Part shown: piece by piece, positions 12,104-25,663 of the stretch
Numbering within the stretch: position 1 is the first letter of the stretch
Layout of the letters: each line of letters starts with the position of its first letter
Source: Eledone cirrhosa
Lineage: Eukaryota
Direction of reading: 5' to 3'
Assembly: GCA_964016885.1 (NCBI GenBank)
Contig: OZ024753.1
Location: 18,910,001 to 18,974,000, forward strand
DNA: 64,000 nt
Program-made: the position numbers and the translations under genes
The notes under the pieces: generated by a model
The model's input: the letters and a program-made list of their open reading frames with translations, nothing else
Database searches by the model: none
Told to the model about the DNA's origin: nothing

Positions 12104-15100
12104 TAGCCGGACGGGTCTGAAACCCCCCGGTGAGTTAGATAGTGGTGCCTACCCCTGCATGCGAAGACTGGACCCGGTGGATGAGTGGATGAGGACAACA
12201 TCGTCCCAACGGTCACGAAGGCGGCGAGAGCAAACGGTGTGGAGCACTAGGGACGGCAAGGCACTACAGACGTCGTGGCTATCCACTGCAGCCAAGGAAG
12301 ACCCTGGTCGTGACGGTCCTCCGTAACACCGGGTGACTGAGCAGCCCTTTTCAGGGGAGCACTGCTCACACTCGCACGAGGGAGGGGCGAAAAAAGGAGC
12401 CCTAACCAAATGCTCGTCCCACACAAAGCCGGCCAGTCTACCGCGGCTGGCGATTTTACCCTTTCAAGCGGCCGAAACCAACATAATAGAAAGAACAACT
12501 TGATTCTTGGCGCATGGAATGGGTAAACCCTCATGGATAGGGAAAACTCCTTGAGGCCAGAGAGAAGAACCGCCCTCATAGCAAGGGAATTAGCTCGCTA
12601 CCGGATCGACATAGCCACCCTCTGCGAGACAGACTTGCCGAAGAAGGATCAGTAGCAGAACCGAAAGGATGCTACAACTTCTTCTGGAAGGGCAATGCAA
12701 TGGACGAGGACAGAATCCACGGGGTAGGCCTAGCCATCAGGAATTCACTAGGCAAGCAGCTACCAGATCTCCCAACACATGTGAGTGAGCGGCTGATGAA
12801 GCTCCGCTTCCCCCTCGACCCATCTCGGCATGTCACAGTCATCAGTGCGTACGCCACCACTCTCACCAGCAGCGATGAAACAAAGGACGCTTTCTAATGG
12901 GAACTCAACGCACTCGTGAAGGGCGTCCCCCCAAGCTATAAACTCATCCTACTGGAGGACTTCAACGCAAGAGTCGGGTCTGGCAGCAGCAACTGGAGAG
13001 GCGTACTGGGACCTCACGGTACAGGGAAGCTGAACTCTAACGGCCTCATACTGTTGAGTTTCTGCGCCAAGAACGACCTCACCATCACCAGCACACAGTT
13101 CCGCCAGGCAGACAAGTTAAAGGCGACATGGATGCACCCCAGATCCAAACAGTGGCATCTGATTGACTTTGCCATATGCCGCAGGAGGGATATCCGTGAC
13201 GTCAGAATAATCAGGGCCATGTGTGGGGCAGAGTGTTGGACCGACCATCGCCTTGTCAGGACCATCCTGTCACTGCACATCAGCCCGACGCATCGCAAGA
13301 CTCCGAAAGTCTGTAGGCCAGCTTTCGACGCCGAACGACTCAAGCAGGCAGAGCATTGTGATGCGTTCGCGGAAGACCTGGACGGGCGGCTAACTGTCTA
13401 TGGACCACTGATCGGACAGCCAACTCATCGGTGTGACCAGTTCAGATCGCCGGTGTCAGAGTCAGCCAAGGTAACCATCGGGCTGAGGAAGAGAGTCCAC
13501 CAGGACTGGTTTGATGAAAACGATGAGCGCATCAGACAACTCCTGGACGAGAAGAGGATTGCTTTCATTGACTGGCAGAATGACAGTTCCTCCACCTCGA
13601 AGCGCTTGAACCACCTCCAGAGGCAGACCCAAGCAGCGCTACGCAGAATGCAGCACAAGTGGTGGGAAAAGAAGGCCGAAGAAGTCGATAGATACGCTGA
13701 CACAAAGAACTGCAAGATGTCCTCAGCGCCATCGTGGACGTCAAGGGACCCCCCACGCCTTTCACCACACCGCTGCTGTCTGCTGATGGCTCGATCCTGC
13801 TGAAAGAGAAGAGCAGTATCAACTCGAGGTGGAGAGAAAACTTCAGCAACGTGCTCAACAGGCCTTCCGCTGTTGACTCTGCCGCCATCGACCGGGTCCC
13901 ACAGAAGCCAGTAGTCGCAGCCTCGTCCCCCGCCCCACGTTGGATGAAGTCACGAAGGCAATCAACCAGACCAGCTCAGGAAAGGCCCTGGGAAGAATGG
14001 GATTCCTACCGAGATCTTCAAGTCGCCGGTGCAGCTGCTATGGGGGCCTTCCACACCCTCTTCACTAGCATATGAGAGGAATAAGAGGTGCGCCAAGACT
14101 TCAGGGATGCCACAGTTGTCTCGCTTTTTAAGAATAAAGGCAGCAAAACTGACTGTGGCAATTATCGGGGAATTTCTCCCCTATCCATCGCTGGGAAGGT
14201 CCTGGCTCGCGTCATGCTCAACCACCTCATCGCCAATATCTCGGAGGACAACCTGCCTGAGGCCCAGTGTGGGTTTCGCCCAAACCGCAGCACGATCGAC
14301 ATGATCTTCTCTGTACTCCAGGTGCAGGAGAAGTTTGTCGAGCAGAACATGGACCTCTTCGTAGACTTGACGAAGGCATTCGACACTGTCAACAGGGAGG
14401 CCCTCTGGTCGATCCTGTCGAAATTTGGTTGCCCGACAAATTTGTGTGAACCTGATACGGCAATTCCATGACGACATGACCGGGCAGGTGCACTCGGGCG
14501 GAGAAGCATCGAAGCCGTTCGGAATCAAGGAAGGATGCGTGTTGGCTCCCGTCTTCTTCAACCTATTCTCCACCTGCGTGCTCAATCATGCCGTCAGGGA
14601 CCTCGAACACAAAGTGTATCTGCGATACAGACTGAACGGCTCCCTGTTTGACCTGCGGCGTCTGACGCCCAAGACAAGGACCGTGCAGAGGGTTGTCCTG
14701 GAGGCACTTTTTGCTGACGACTGTGCCATCATGGCCCACAGGGAATCTGACCTCCAACTCATCGTCAACAAGTTCGCGGACCCCTCCTGCCACTTCGGTC
14801 TCACAATAAGCCTTTGCGAGACTGAGGTCCTGTTCGAGCCTGCACCTGCCACGTCCGTCGCCTACCCCGCTCCCATCTCCATCAGAGACACCCAGCTAAA
14901 GACGGTGGACGATTCAAGTACCTTGACAGTGTTATCAGCAGCGATGGAAGCTTCGACAAGAAGATAAATGCCAGAATCTGCAAGGCCATTCAAGCCCTCG
15001 GCTGCCTGAGGACACGTGTCCTGAACCAGCACAACATCAGGCAGTCTACCAAGCTCAAGGTGTACAGGGCCGTTGTTCTCACCAGCCTCCTCTACGGATG

Positions 15101-15710
15101 TGAGACATGGACCCTGTACAGAAGTTACCTGAAGCAGCTGATACGGTTCCACATGAGCAGCCTGCGGTCAATCATGAACATAAAATGGCAGAACAAGTTA
15201 TCCAACATCGAAGTTCTTGACATGGCTGAGACAACCAGTGTCGAACCTATGATACTGAAGAGCCAACTTCGATGGGTGGGACATTTCATCCGGATGGACG
15301 ATCACAGGCTTCCGAAGCAACTGATGTATGAGGAACTCTGTTCAGGGAAACGAAAGTGGGGCAGGCCTCTCGAGAGGTTCAAAGACTGCGTGAAGTCCAG
15401 TATCAAGAACACTGGAATCGTGCCAAAATAACTCGAGTCTCATGCTCAGGACAGGACTGAGTGGCGAGCCCTTACCCGACGCGCCAAAGACTCTTTTGAA
15501 GAGAACAGACGGACAGAGGGCACCGAGGCCCGTGAAATGAGGAGAAAGGCATCAACAGTTGCCCCGAGAGACTCCGATCTCTTCCCCTGCCCCCCATGTC
15601 CCCGGACCTGAAGTCAAGGATCGGCCTCCTGAGCCACCTTCCTGCCCATGGCAGACGGGATCTAAAGTAAAGAAGATGTTGTCATCATCGTTTACGATGG
15701 ACAACCAAGA

Positions 15711-15713
<3 letters not shown>
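11921..15713 (+). mobile_element. RTE-clade LINE, near full length, decayed
   Basis: GC-rich 5'UTR, AP endonuclease (LGAWN, HGVGLAI, ISAYATT, EDFNARVG, TWMHPRSKQWHLID, TDHRLV), RT (NYRGISPLS, QCGFR, FVDLTKAFD, GCVLAP, LFADD, LRWVGH), C-terminal zinc-finger remnant (SRIGLLSH) and TA flanks. Confidence 0.95.
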
Positions 15714-15772
<59 letters not shown>

Positions 15773-16978
15773 TATTTTGTACTATCCCATTATTCATTGT
15801 ATCCGATTCCCCTTTATTGGTTTGTGTTTAACCCTGCAGAGTAAGCTTATCTTAGCTTTCCATCATTTCATGTGTCAACAAAGTACTAGTTTAGGGCGTA
15901 GATAGGCGGAAAATCATCGAACACAGTATCTTGGAATATCCATGAGTTCTGATTTAAATGCATTCTCTGATGTATGTTCCGCTAGTTGAATCAGCACCAC
16001 TCGCTACACGTTAATGAGACATATTAATAAGCGTCAAGGAAGTTTTTCTAACGTCCAATACCGCCATTACTTCAATTATCTCAGCACCAACGCGTGGAAT
16101 CTATAAGACGAAGATAGAATCATTTTAAATTGATAGCTATTTGAAGATGAAAAAAACGACTTTATAAACATCATGATGCGAAGAAATCTGACGTAAATGA
16201 AGGAAATTTATAGGAGAAAAGCTTTTTAGAAAGGAAATATTTGATACAGACATTTTTGATTCAGGAAATATTTGATACAGAGATTTCCTGATTGAGAGGA
16301 GATGTAATTAAAATAATTCTAGTTTCATATAATAACCTTCGTAGTATATTAACCACAGTGTGTTCAAAGGAGTATGGAATATTTTAATATCGATAGAAAA
16401 TGTAAAACATCTTATAGGTTAATGATATATACATGATCATTAATTTGTCGTGATCAAGATGGATGTATTTTTCGTATAATGTGTCGTATGGGCAAGAGGC
16501 CTTGTGTTTTGTAATATGTTAAGAGAGCCTGAATTATTATATTTATCATATTCTTAAAATGAGAAACAAATATTAATGGGAATGTTTTAGTGTGTTTCAA
16601 AGTTTAATGTTTTTGTAGAATTTGCTTTTTTTAATGACTTAAAAGAAATCATTAGTATCTCGCATTTGTTTGAATTGTGCGCGAATAAGGCCATACTTTG
16701 TAATAATTTGCAAGAAATATAGCAGTTTCGAAACGACAGCAACTTAATAATGTGCGCTCATTAAACTCTTTAGCTATTAATATGTCAGATGGATACTTTA
16801 TAACACCGTTTCTCTACTAGTTTGAAGTTTAATTTCTGTTAAATAATGAGGAACGGACAACATTTTATTATAGCTTGTCACAATATTTTCCCATTTCCCT
16901 ATATCAGAAAACGTTTTTGTAAACCCGTCCAAAAACAATCTTATATTTAAACCCACAAAACATCGACACATATTACAT

Positions 16979-17158
16979 TAATTGTTTCTAGATTTGGCAC
17001 AAGGCCAGAAAAGACCCAGTGCATTACTGGTACTTTATTTTATCGACCCTGTAAGGATGAAAGGCAAAGTTAACCTCGGCGGGATTTGAACTCAGGATGG
17101 CAAGGGCTGTAACTATGCATCACAACATGGCGTCCGACCGTCTACGGTTACTGCCAAT
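16979..17158 (-). mobile_element. tRNA-derived Meta-like SINE
   Basis: Reverse complement of the 2971-3158 family, with B-box and core retained. Confidence 0.85.
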
Positions 17159-17363
17159 TAATATCATCTAGAAAATCCCCCAAGTAATAAGTATAATTAA
17201 CCAGGAAATTATTGATATTAATGGAATCGAACAGTGTTGGATGTTGTGTAATTCATTCTCTTCCACTCTCTCAGCGATATTCCAATCATCCGCCAGAAAA
17301 TTCTCAAGGCCACCAAAAACCAGAAATTAAACGGATAAGGTATTATTATAGTTTTATTTTTCA

Positions 17364-17570
17364 CTAAACCAGCCATCACGTTCACTTCAAAATATTTTTT
17401 AGAAATCATGTCCACTTAAAAACAAATTTTAATAATTAAAATATACACAGACTTATATAATTTGAAATGAAACTGGAAGGCAATATATATACGTGTGTGT
17501 ATTTATATATGTAAATGTGTGTGTGTGTATATATAAGTGGGTGTCTGTGATCTACATACACTGATCATAG

Positions 17571-17616
<46 letters not shown>

Positions 17617-17652
17617 GCACACTCACTCACACACATATATATATATATATAT

Positions 17653-17697
<45 letters not shown>

Positions 17698-18022
17698 ACA
17701 ACACCACCAGCTTTTTCTATCTCACTCTCTCTCTCTTCCATTCTCCTATGTCTCCTCTCCCTATGTCTCTATTTCAATCTACTCTCCACACCCACTATCT
17801 CTCTATCGTTCTCTTTCTCTCTCTGTTTATGAAGGTAGCCGGAAAAACACCATATCTCGGGAACTGATACTCTGATTTAGGCGAAACTTGTTTCATTCCA
17901 TTTATATCCCCATTTCAGCGTCAACTTCCTTTCAGATTATTTTCCCATTATGTGCCATTTTGACTGTATTACATTACAGTGAAGCAAGCAAGCAAACAAT
18001 CAGAGTTTTAGTAGTATATAGA
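17364..18022 (-). mobile_element. Non-autonomous Helitron, second family
   Basis: Minus start A|TCTATATACTACTAAAAC then (GCTT)n, end TTAG|T. Colinear with 47224-47870. Confidence 0.7.
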
Positions 18023-18080
18023 TTACGAATAAAGGGCATATTTCACAGGTGGGGAATTCTAAAATAAGTGATGCAAGGGT

Positions 18081-18245
18081 AAACTCTCCAAATATTAGTC
18101 GCACTCCGACAGGTTTGCTTTTGAGGTCGTAGCAGTTGAGTCATCTGGTGTCCTAGGACTCACCATCATCGACACGGAGTTGGATAGCCGTAGGTGTTAG
18201 CCTCGCGAGCTGGAATGGCGCCATCAACATGTCTCTTTCATATAT
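18081..18245 (+). pseudogene. Remnant of the restriction-like endonuclease C-terminus of a CRE-like non-LTR element
   Basis: Translates KLSKY*SHSDRFAFEVVAVESSGVLG...PRELEWRHQHVS, resembling the KxxKY...FxPxAVExxGxxG motif. Confidence 0.5.
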
Positions 18246-18634
18246 CTGCTGGCGGAGTGATGTTAGAGCTGTGAAATATTGCAGGGATTACTTTCAACTC
18301 TTCTTATAACAGCTTTGCTTCTTTCCAAATATGTTGAAATAAATAAACCTCATTTGGTCATTCAATGAGAGTATCTTGATCAGCCTATGACCCCTCTTAT
18401 ATATGGATGGATGGATATATAAATATATATATATATATATATGCATACTTACATTTAAGTAAGTGCCATACTAAGAGTGAGAAATGAAATTTCGTTTTCA
18501 TTTTGTTTCAATTTATCGTTTTCGGTATGCCTTACCGATTTAACTCACTCAATATGCAAATTAGGCTGCTCAGCCGTTAATTTTCATAAGGAAAGTATAT
18601 ACTTTCGAACGTTCAACTATCTGGCAGATGGGTA

Positions 18635-18679
18635 AACGGTGCTGATGATAGCTAACAAGCTTGAAACTAGTACATCGTT
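18635..18679 (+). ncRNA. Type I hammerhead ribozyme, array copy 1
   Basis: AACGGTG-CTGATGA-T-AGCT-AACA-AGCT-T-GAAA-CTAG-TA|CATCGTT. GUA cut after 18672. Confidence 0.92.
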
Positions 18680-19106
18680 CCTGTGTCAGTGTTGAACAAA
18701 AAGGTGACGTGGTTGCCTTAACACCGTATGGCATAAATTCAGGCTGTTCAGTTTGTTTACAAACGAACAAAGCGACGTTATAATAAGCGCCGCTAAACTG
18801 ATATGTGCATATATGTATGTGTACCTGTATGCATATGTATGTATATGTGTATATATATATATATATGTGCATGCTACTGTACGTCTGTATACATATATGT
18901 ATGTACGTATACATGCATACTTACATTTAAGTAAGTGCCATACTAAGAGTGAGAAATGAAATTTCGTTTTCATTTTGTTTCAATTTATCGTTTTCGGTAT
19001 GCCTGACCGATTTAACTCACTCAATATGCAAATTAGGCTGCCCAGCCGTTAATTTTCATAAGGAAAGTATATACTTTCGAACGTTCAACTATCTGGCAGA
19101 TGGGTA

Positions 19107-19151
19107 AACGGTGCTGATGATAGCTAACAAGCTTGAAACTAGTACATCGTT
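19107..19151 (+). ncRNA. Type I hammerhead ribozyme, array copy 2
   Basis: Identical to copy 1. Cut after 19144. Confidence 0.92.
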
Positions 19152-19582
19152 CCTGTGTCAGTGTTGAACAAAAAGGTGACGTGGTTGCCTTAACACCGTA
19201 TGGCATAAATTCAGGCTGTTCAGTTTGTTTACAAACGAACAAAGCGACGTTATAATAAGCGCCGCTAAACTGATACGTGCATATATGTATGTGTACCTGT
19301 ATGCATATGTATGTATATATATGTATATATATATATATATATGTGTATGCTACTGTACGTCTGTATACATATATGTATGTACGTATACATGCATACTTAC
19401 ATTTAAGTAAGTGCCATACTAAGAGTGAGAAATGAAATTTCGTTTTCATTTTGTTTCAATTTATCGTTTTCGGTATGCCTTACCGATTTAACTCACTCAA
19501 TATGCAAATTAGGCTGCTCAGCCGTTAATTTCCATAAGGAAAGTATATACTTTCGAACGTTCAACTATCTGGCAGATGGGTA

Positions 19583-19627
19583 AACGGTGCTGATGATAGC
19601 TAACAAGCTTGAAACTAGTACATCGTT
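19583..19627 (+). ncRNA. Type I hammerhead ribozyme, array copy 3
   Basis: Identical to copy 1. Cut after 19620. Confidence 0.92.
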
Positions 19628-20058
19628 CCTGTGTCAGTGTTGAACAAAAAGGTGACGTGGTTGCCTTAACACCGTATGGCATAAATTCAGGCTGTTCAGT
19701 TTGTTTACAAACGAACAAAGCGACGTTATAATAAGCGCCGCTAAACTGATACGTGCATATATGTATGTGTACCTGTATGCATATGTATGTATATATATGT
19801 ATATATATATATATATATGTGTATGCTACTGTACGTCTGTATACATATATGTATGTACGTATACATGCATACTTACATTTAAGTAAGTGCCATACTAAGA
19901 GTGAGAAATGAAATTTCGTTTTCATTTTGTTTCAATTTATCGTTTTCGGTATGCCTTACCGATTTAACTCACTCAATATGCAAATTAGGCTGCTCAGCCG
20001 TTAATTTCCATAAGGAAAGTATATACTTTCGAACGTTCAACTATCTGGCAGATGGGTA

Positions 20059-20103
20059 AACGGTGCTGATGATAGCTAACAAGCTTGAAACTAGTACATC
20101 GTT
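20059..20103 (+). ncRNA. Type I hammerhead ribozyme, array copy 4
   Basis: Identical to copy 1. Cut after 20096. Confidence 0.92.
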
Positions 20104-20406
20104 CCTGTGTCAGTGTTGAACAAAAAGGTGACGTGGTTGCCTTAACACCGTATGGCATAAATTCAGGCTGTTCAGTTTGTTTACAAACGAACAAAGCGAC
20201 GTTATAATAAGCGCCGCTAAACTGATATGTGCATATATGTATGTGTACCTGTATGCATATGTATGTATATGTGTATATATATATATATATGTGCATGCTA
20301 CTGTACGTCTGTATACATATATGTATGTACGTATACATGCATACTTACATTTAAGTAAGTGCCATACTAAGAGTGAGAAATGAAATTTCGTTTTCTTTTT
20401 GTTTCA

Positions 20407-20537
<131 letters not shown>

Positions 20538-20816
20538 ATCTACCAAAATATATGGTAGTGTCCAATCTCTATGAAGAACTCAATGTAATCCAAATATCAT
20601 AAAAAGAGAAGATGCATTCAAACATTTTCGATGAAAATCATAGGTAAACAATGAAATAAAAATGAAGTTTCTTATATTAAAGACTTTTTTAATATAAGTA
20701 ACTTGTTCTTTGTTTCTATTTCATTGTTTTTATTAATTAATATATATATATATATACACACACATATATGTGTGTATATTTATATATATATATATATATA
20801 TGTATACACACACACG

Positions 20817-20884
<68 letters not shown>

Positions 20885-20989
20885 GAGAGAGAGATCCCGT
20901 TAAGGGTGAAATCAGCGATTTTTTGCTTAAACTTTAGTCTGTACAAATAATAAATATTTGCACTACGGGTTTATACACACATACACACG

Positions 20990-20990
20990 C

Positions 20991-21022
<32 letters not shown>

Positions 21023-21170
21023 GTATCTATATATATGTATATATATATAATTACATACACACATATATATATATGTATATATATATACATACACATATAT
21101 ATATATATGTATATATATATATATGTATATGTATATATATGAATATATATGTATATATATATATACATAC

Positions 21171-21208
<38 letters not shown>

Positions 21209-21294
21209 GAATATATATATGTATATATATATACATACACATATATATATATATGTTTATATATATATATGAATATATATGTATATATACATAC

Positions 21295-21328
<34 letters not shown>

Positions 21329-21571
21329 GAATATATATGTATATATATGAATATGTATATACATATATATATATACGAATATATATATATGAATATATAT
21401 ATGAATATATATATGAATACATATATATGAATATATACATGAATATATATATATGAATATATATATGGTTATACATATGAATATATATATATGAATATAT
21501 ATATATGAATATATATATGAATATATATATATTAATATATATATGAATATATATATGAATATATATATATA
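20990..21571. repeat. Compound (TA)n microsatellite with GT/AC/GAA interruptions
   Basis: Direct inspection. Confidence 0.95.
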
Positions 21572-23204
21572 TCGGGACCACATGCTTTTACTTATCGAAA
21601 ATAATAACTGTGAATTAAATAGGAATAGAAAAGAAATTATACAATTTTTTAATTACGTTAATCTAAAAGTAAAAATAGAGTATAACCATAAAATAGTTAA
21701 TTTTCTAGATGTGACATTAAACCTTAACGCAGGACTTCATTATCCTTTTCACAAACTAAAGAGAACTTAAACTACGTTAAATTTTAACTCGAATCACTCC
21801 AGATCCGTTAAAAATACTATAGTGAATTCTGTACAGCAACGCATTTCTAGAATTTCAGCTAATAAGAATATATTTGATGATAAAGCACATTATTACAACG
21901 AAGCGTTAGGTAGAGCTGGATATAGAAATAAAATTAAATACATTGATAATAATAATATAACAACTAACCATAATCCTAACAATTTTAACAACTATAATAG
22001 AAAACCTTACAATAATTCGGAAAACAAAAAAAGGAATAGAACTAGGAATATATTATGGTTCGCTCCTCCTCATTAAATATTAAAACTCCTATTGCTGAAC
22101 TATTTTTTAAAGCTCTTGTCAAATGCTTCCCTAGAACACATAGATATTACTCAATTTTTATAGACATACTATAAAATTAACTTATTCATGCATCAAAAAT
22201 TTAGCGCAGAATATTAATAGAATTAATAATAGAAATGTAAAACCTAATCAAAATACCGCTAATAACCCCAGCAATTTCCAATTTGATAAATGTAACTGTA
22301 GAAATAAATCTAATTGTCCGTTAAATAATAATTGCTTAGCTAAAAATATAATTGTAATGTAATAACTAATTTAAATTCATTTAATTATGTAGGATCTACT
22401 TCCACAGATTTTAAATCTCGTTTCAATAACCATAAAAGCTCTTTTACGTATTTAAACAAAAAATCTTCAACCTCTCTATCTAGATTATTATGGGACCTCA
22501 AATTAAAGAACGTTAAATATTCGTTACTTTGGAATATTATTTCAAAAGCTACTCCTTTTAATTCCTCTTCAGAAAATTGTGATCTTTGTATAGAGGAAAT
22601 ATTCTTTATATTAAAAAGCAAAAATTCCCTAAATGTAAGAAGCAATCTATTCAGTTGCTGCAGACATAGATTGAACTCAACATTTAAATATAAATTAAAA
22701 ATATAATATATAATTAATTCTATTTATATATTGAACCTATCGATAAATCATTAGATTCCTCCATTTGACTGCTTAAACTCTCAAATATAAAAGTTTTTCC
22801 TAGAAAATGTTTCTAGATAAACATACCGAAAGCTCTTAAAAGAAGAAAATATGTTCTTTGAAAGGTTTCTCCTATTTTTGAATGTTTCTCTTTTTTTTTT
22901 TGAAAGTTTCCCTTATAGTTATAAAATTAAGTTAAACATACTGAGAGTTAAATATTGTATGAAAAAATTTAAATTTTAAACTGAATTTTTTTAGACATAA
23001 TCTTATTCTAAAATTATATCTTAAGATGTTCTGTAATTTTTTTAAATTATATTTTTTTAAATTATATTGCTTTAAAGTTATATTGCTTATAATTGTAAGA
23101 ATATATTTCCAAATCGTAATATAATTTATCTTATTTTTTTTATATATCGTGTATATTTTTTAAATATATTATGTACTTCAATTATACTATGTGCTGTACA
23201 TCTC

Positions 23205-23271
<67 letters not shown>

Positions 23272-23710
23272 GATGATGCATATATACCTGTATGTGTATC
23301 TATGTCTATGTGTATATATGTGGGAGTTGTGAGTGTGTGTATATATATATATATATGCATACAATTCAAATGCACTAGATTATAAGGGTTTCCTTAAACT
23401 TCGTAATAAACAAACTTATATAATAACAGTCACAACTACATAACAGGTGGATTTAGTAAATAAAAAATTTATAATATAAGGTTTGTATTACAACATGAGG
23501 TTTCTATAATCTTAAATTTCCTTTGTTATCTTGACATTTATAACATTTAATATAGGTAAATAACTTGATTTCCTTCACGCTCTTTTGCTATTACATAAAA
23601 TTTTCTCCGGTTTTTTTTTCTCTGGTTTCTAAGAAAAATATATAAGTTTAAGAAAATTCCTATATCTTATACATAAAAAAGTCCTTTATCTATGTGTATA
23701 GTATGTGTAG

Positions 23711-23776
<66 letters not shown>

Positions 23777-24570
23777 GTATGTGTATGTATGTTTGTGTTC
23801 GTATATATATGAATATATTATTTTAATAATATATGGGTTTTAATAATATATAGATTTTTAATAATATATAGATCTCAACTTTTAATGTATAGATCTCAAT
23901 AATTTGATGGATAATTTAATTGGTAAACTAAACATTTAATCATTTTTAAACACTGGTTAAAATTCATTTTCCATTCACGAGTATTTTCCATTCATGCTTA
24001 TATACTTATTTACTTTACTCATCCCCCCAAAAAATGTTTTTCACTTCATCTTAAAAGTTATGATAATACAACAACCTATCACTTAGGGCTTTCTCTTTCT
24101 CTTTCGCGTTCTCTTTTCTCTTTTCTTTTTTCTTCTCTTTCTCTCTTACTCTTTCTCTTGTTTTCTTATTTTCCTCCTAAAGCTGCTTTATTCTCTTTTC
24201 TCTTTCCCTCTCTCCATACCCAACGGCTTATTTTAAATCTACTGTGATTTTAAAATATCGGACACTAATTTGCATAATAGAATAAATAAATGTATAACCT
24301 CACTATCCGGGAGCTTCCATCAGAAATGGTCGCATTCTTTAAAGGTATGTCAATATTTATTTATAAAACTGTTCTATATTATATTTTAAAGCACACCATA
24401 ATTTAACTTGGTGTCCTTGAAATATGTATAATGAAATAAATATGGTTTTATAAATATAGTTTCCATTTGTTAATATATCGTATTTTTACTCCAATAATTT
24501 GTTGAGTGCTTTATATCAGTTATAAAAATATTTGCTTGTTGTATCCCATCAATTTAAATAGAACTTCTAC
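21570..24570 (+). mobile_element. 5'-truncated Penelope-like element (Nematis-type), decayed, with long AT-rich 3' region
   Basis: YRD(H), VNFLDVTLNL, NSNH, RISRISAN, RNILWFAPP, CNCRNKSNCPLNNNCL, YVGSTSTDFKSRFNNHK and CDLCIEE over 21570-22690. A hammerhead 3' half (CTTGGTGTCCTT-GAAA-TATGTA-TA-ATGAAA) lies at ~24408-24437. The 3' boundary is uncertain. Confidence 0.85.
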
Positions 24571-24621
24571 ATATATATATATATATATATATATGAATAT
24601 ATATATATAAATATATATAAA

Positions 24622-24662
<41 letters not shown>

Positions 24663-24695
24663 GAATATATATATATATAAATATATATATATATA

Positions 24696-24785
<90 letters not shown>

Positions 24786-24787
<2 letters not shown>

Positions 24788-24937
24788 GGAACCAGTAAGA
24801 CCCCGACAGCTGAGCTCAAGCCGTTTCGACGGCTAATTCTGGGGGTCTTACTTGTTCCTATTACCCACTCTACTACCTCAAGTATTGAGTACTTTGGTGC
24901 GTTATGGTCCACCTGGTTCCTTACCACATTTCCTTCG

Positions 24938-24939
<2 letters not shown>
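24786..24939 (+). mobile_element. Short fold-back copy of the Neptune-type PLE 3' end (also ~29547-29700 and ~34316-34469; a non-inverted copy at 50535-50662)
   Basis: 24786-24841 is the reverse complement of ~10933-10988, and 24842-24939 matches 10970-11067. Confidence 0.9.
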
Positions 24940-25000
<61 letters not shown>

Positions 25001-25148
25001 CACAGATAAATCTATATACACAGATATATGAATAAGAAAGGTTTTTTAACGAGGTTGAAATTGACCAATGTTAAGAATGGAAAGGGGCAGTATAAATCCT
25101 TAAGGTTGGTGGTAGTAGATGAATAAATAGGCCATCAGTGATTAAGGT

Positions 25149-25188
<40 letters not shown>

Positions 25189-25191
25189 ACC

Positions 25192-25222
<31 letters not shown>

Positions 25223-25266
25223 CAATATATTAATAAATGGAATCTATATTTATAAAACCATAATTA

Positions 25267-25326
25267 TGTTATTGTATATATTTCAAGGGCGACCAAGCCA
25301 TCTTGGTGCGCATTCATCAGATAAAA
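25267..25326 (-). ncRNA. Type I hammerhead with cleavage-site U changed to C (also 30034-30093 and 34801-34860)
   Basis: Minus: TTTTAT-CTGATGA-ATGCGCACCAAG-ATGG-CTTGGTCGCCCTT-GAAA-TATATA-CA-ATAA. Same layout as the intact copy at 51205-51271. Confidence 0.65.
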
Positions 25327-25401
25327 TACAAAGTCTGTTATATAAATAGTGACATAACCATGGAAAACAACTTTGACGGTTGAAAATTCGCTGGATAGTC
25401 A

Positions 25402-25480
<79 letters not shown>

Positions 25481-25607
25481 GCATATGTATATATATATAT
25501 ATGTATATATATGCATATATATATATATGTATATATATATATGTATATATATATATGCATATATATATGTATATATGCATATGTATATATATGTAAATAT
25601 ATACATA

Positions 25608-25644
<37 letters not shown>

Positions 25645-25663
25645 GCATATATATATATATATA

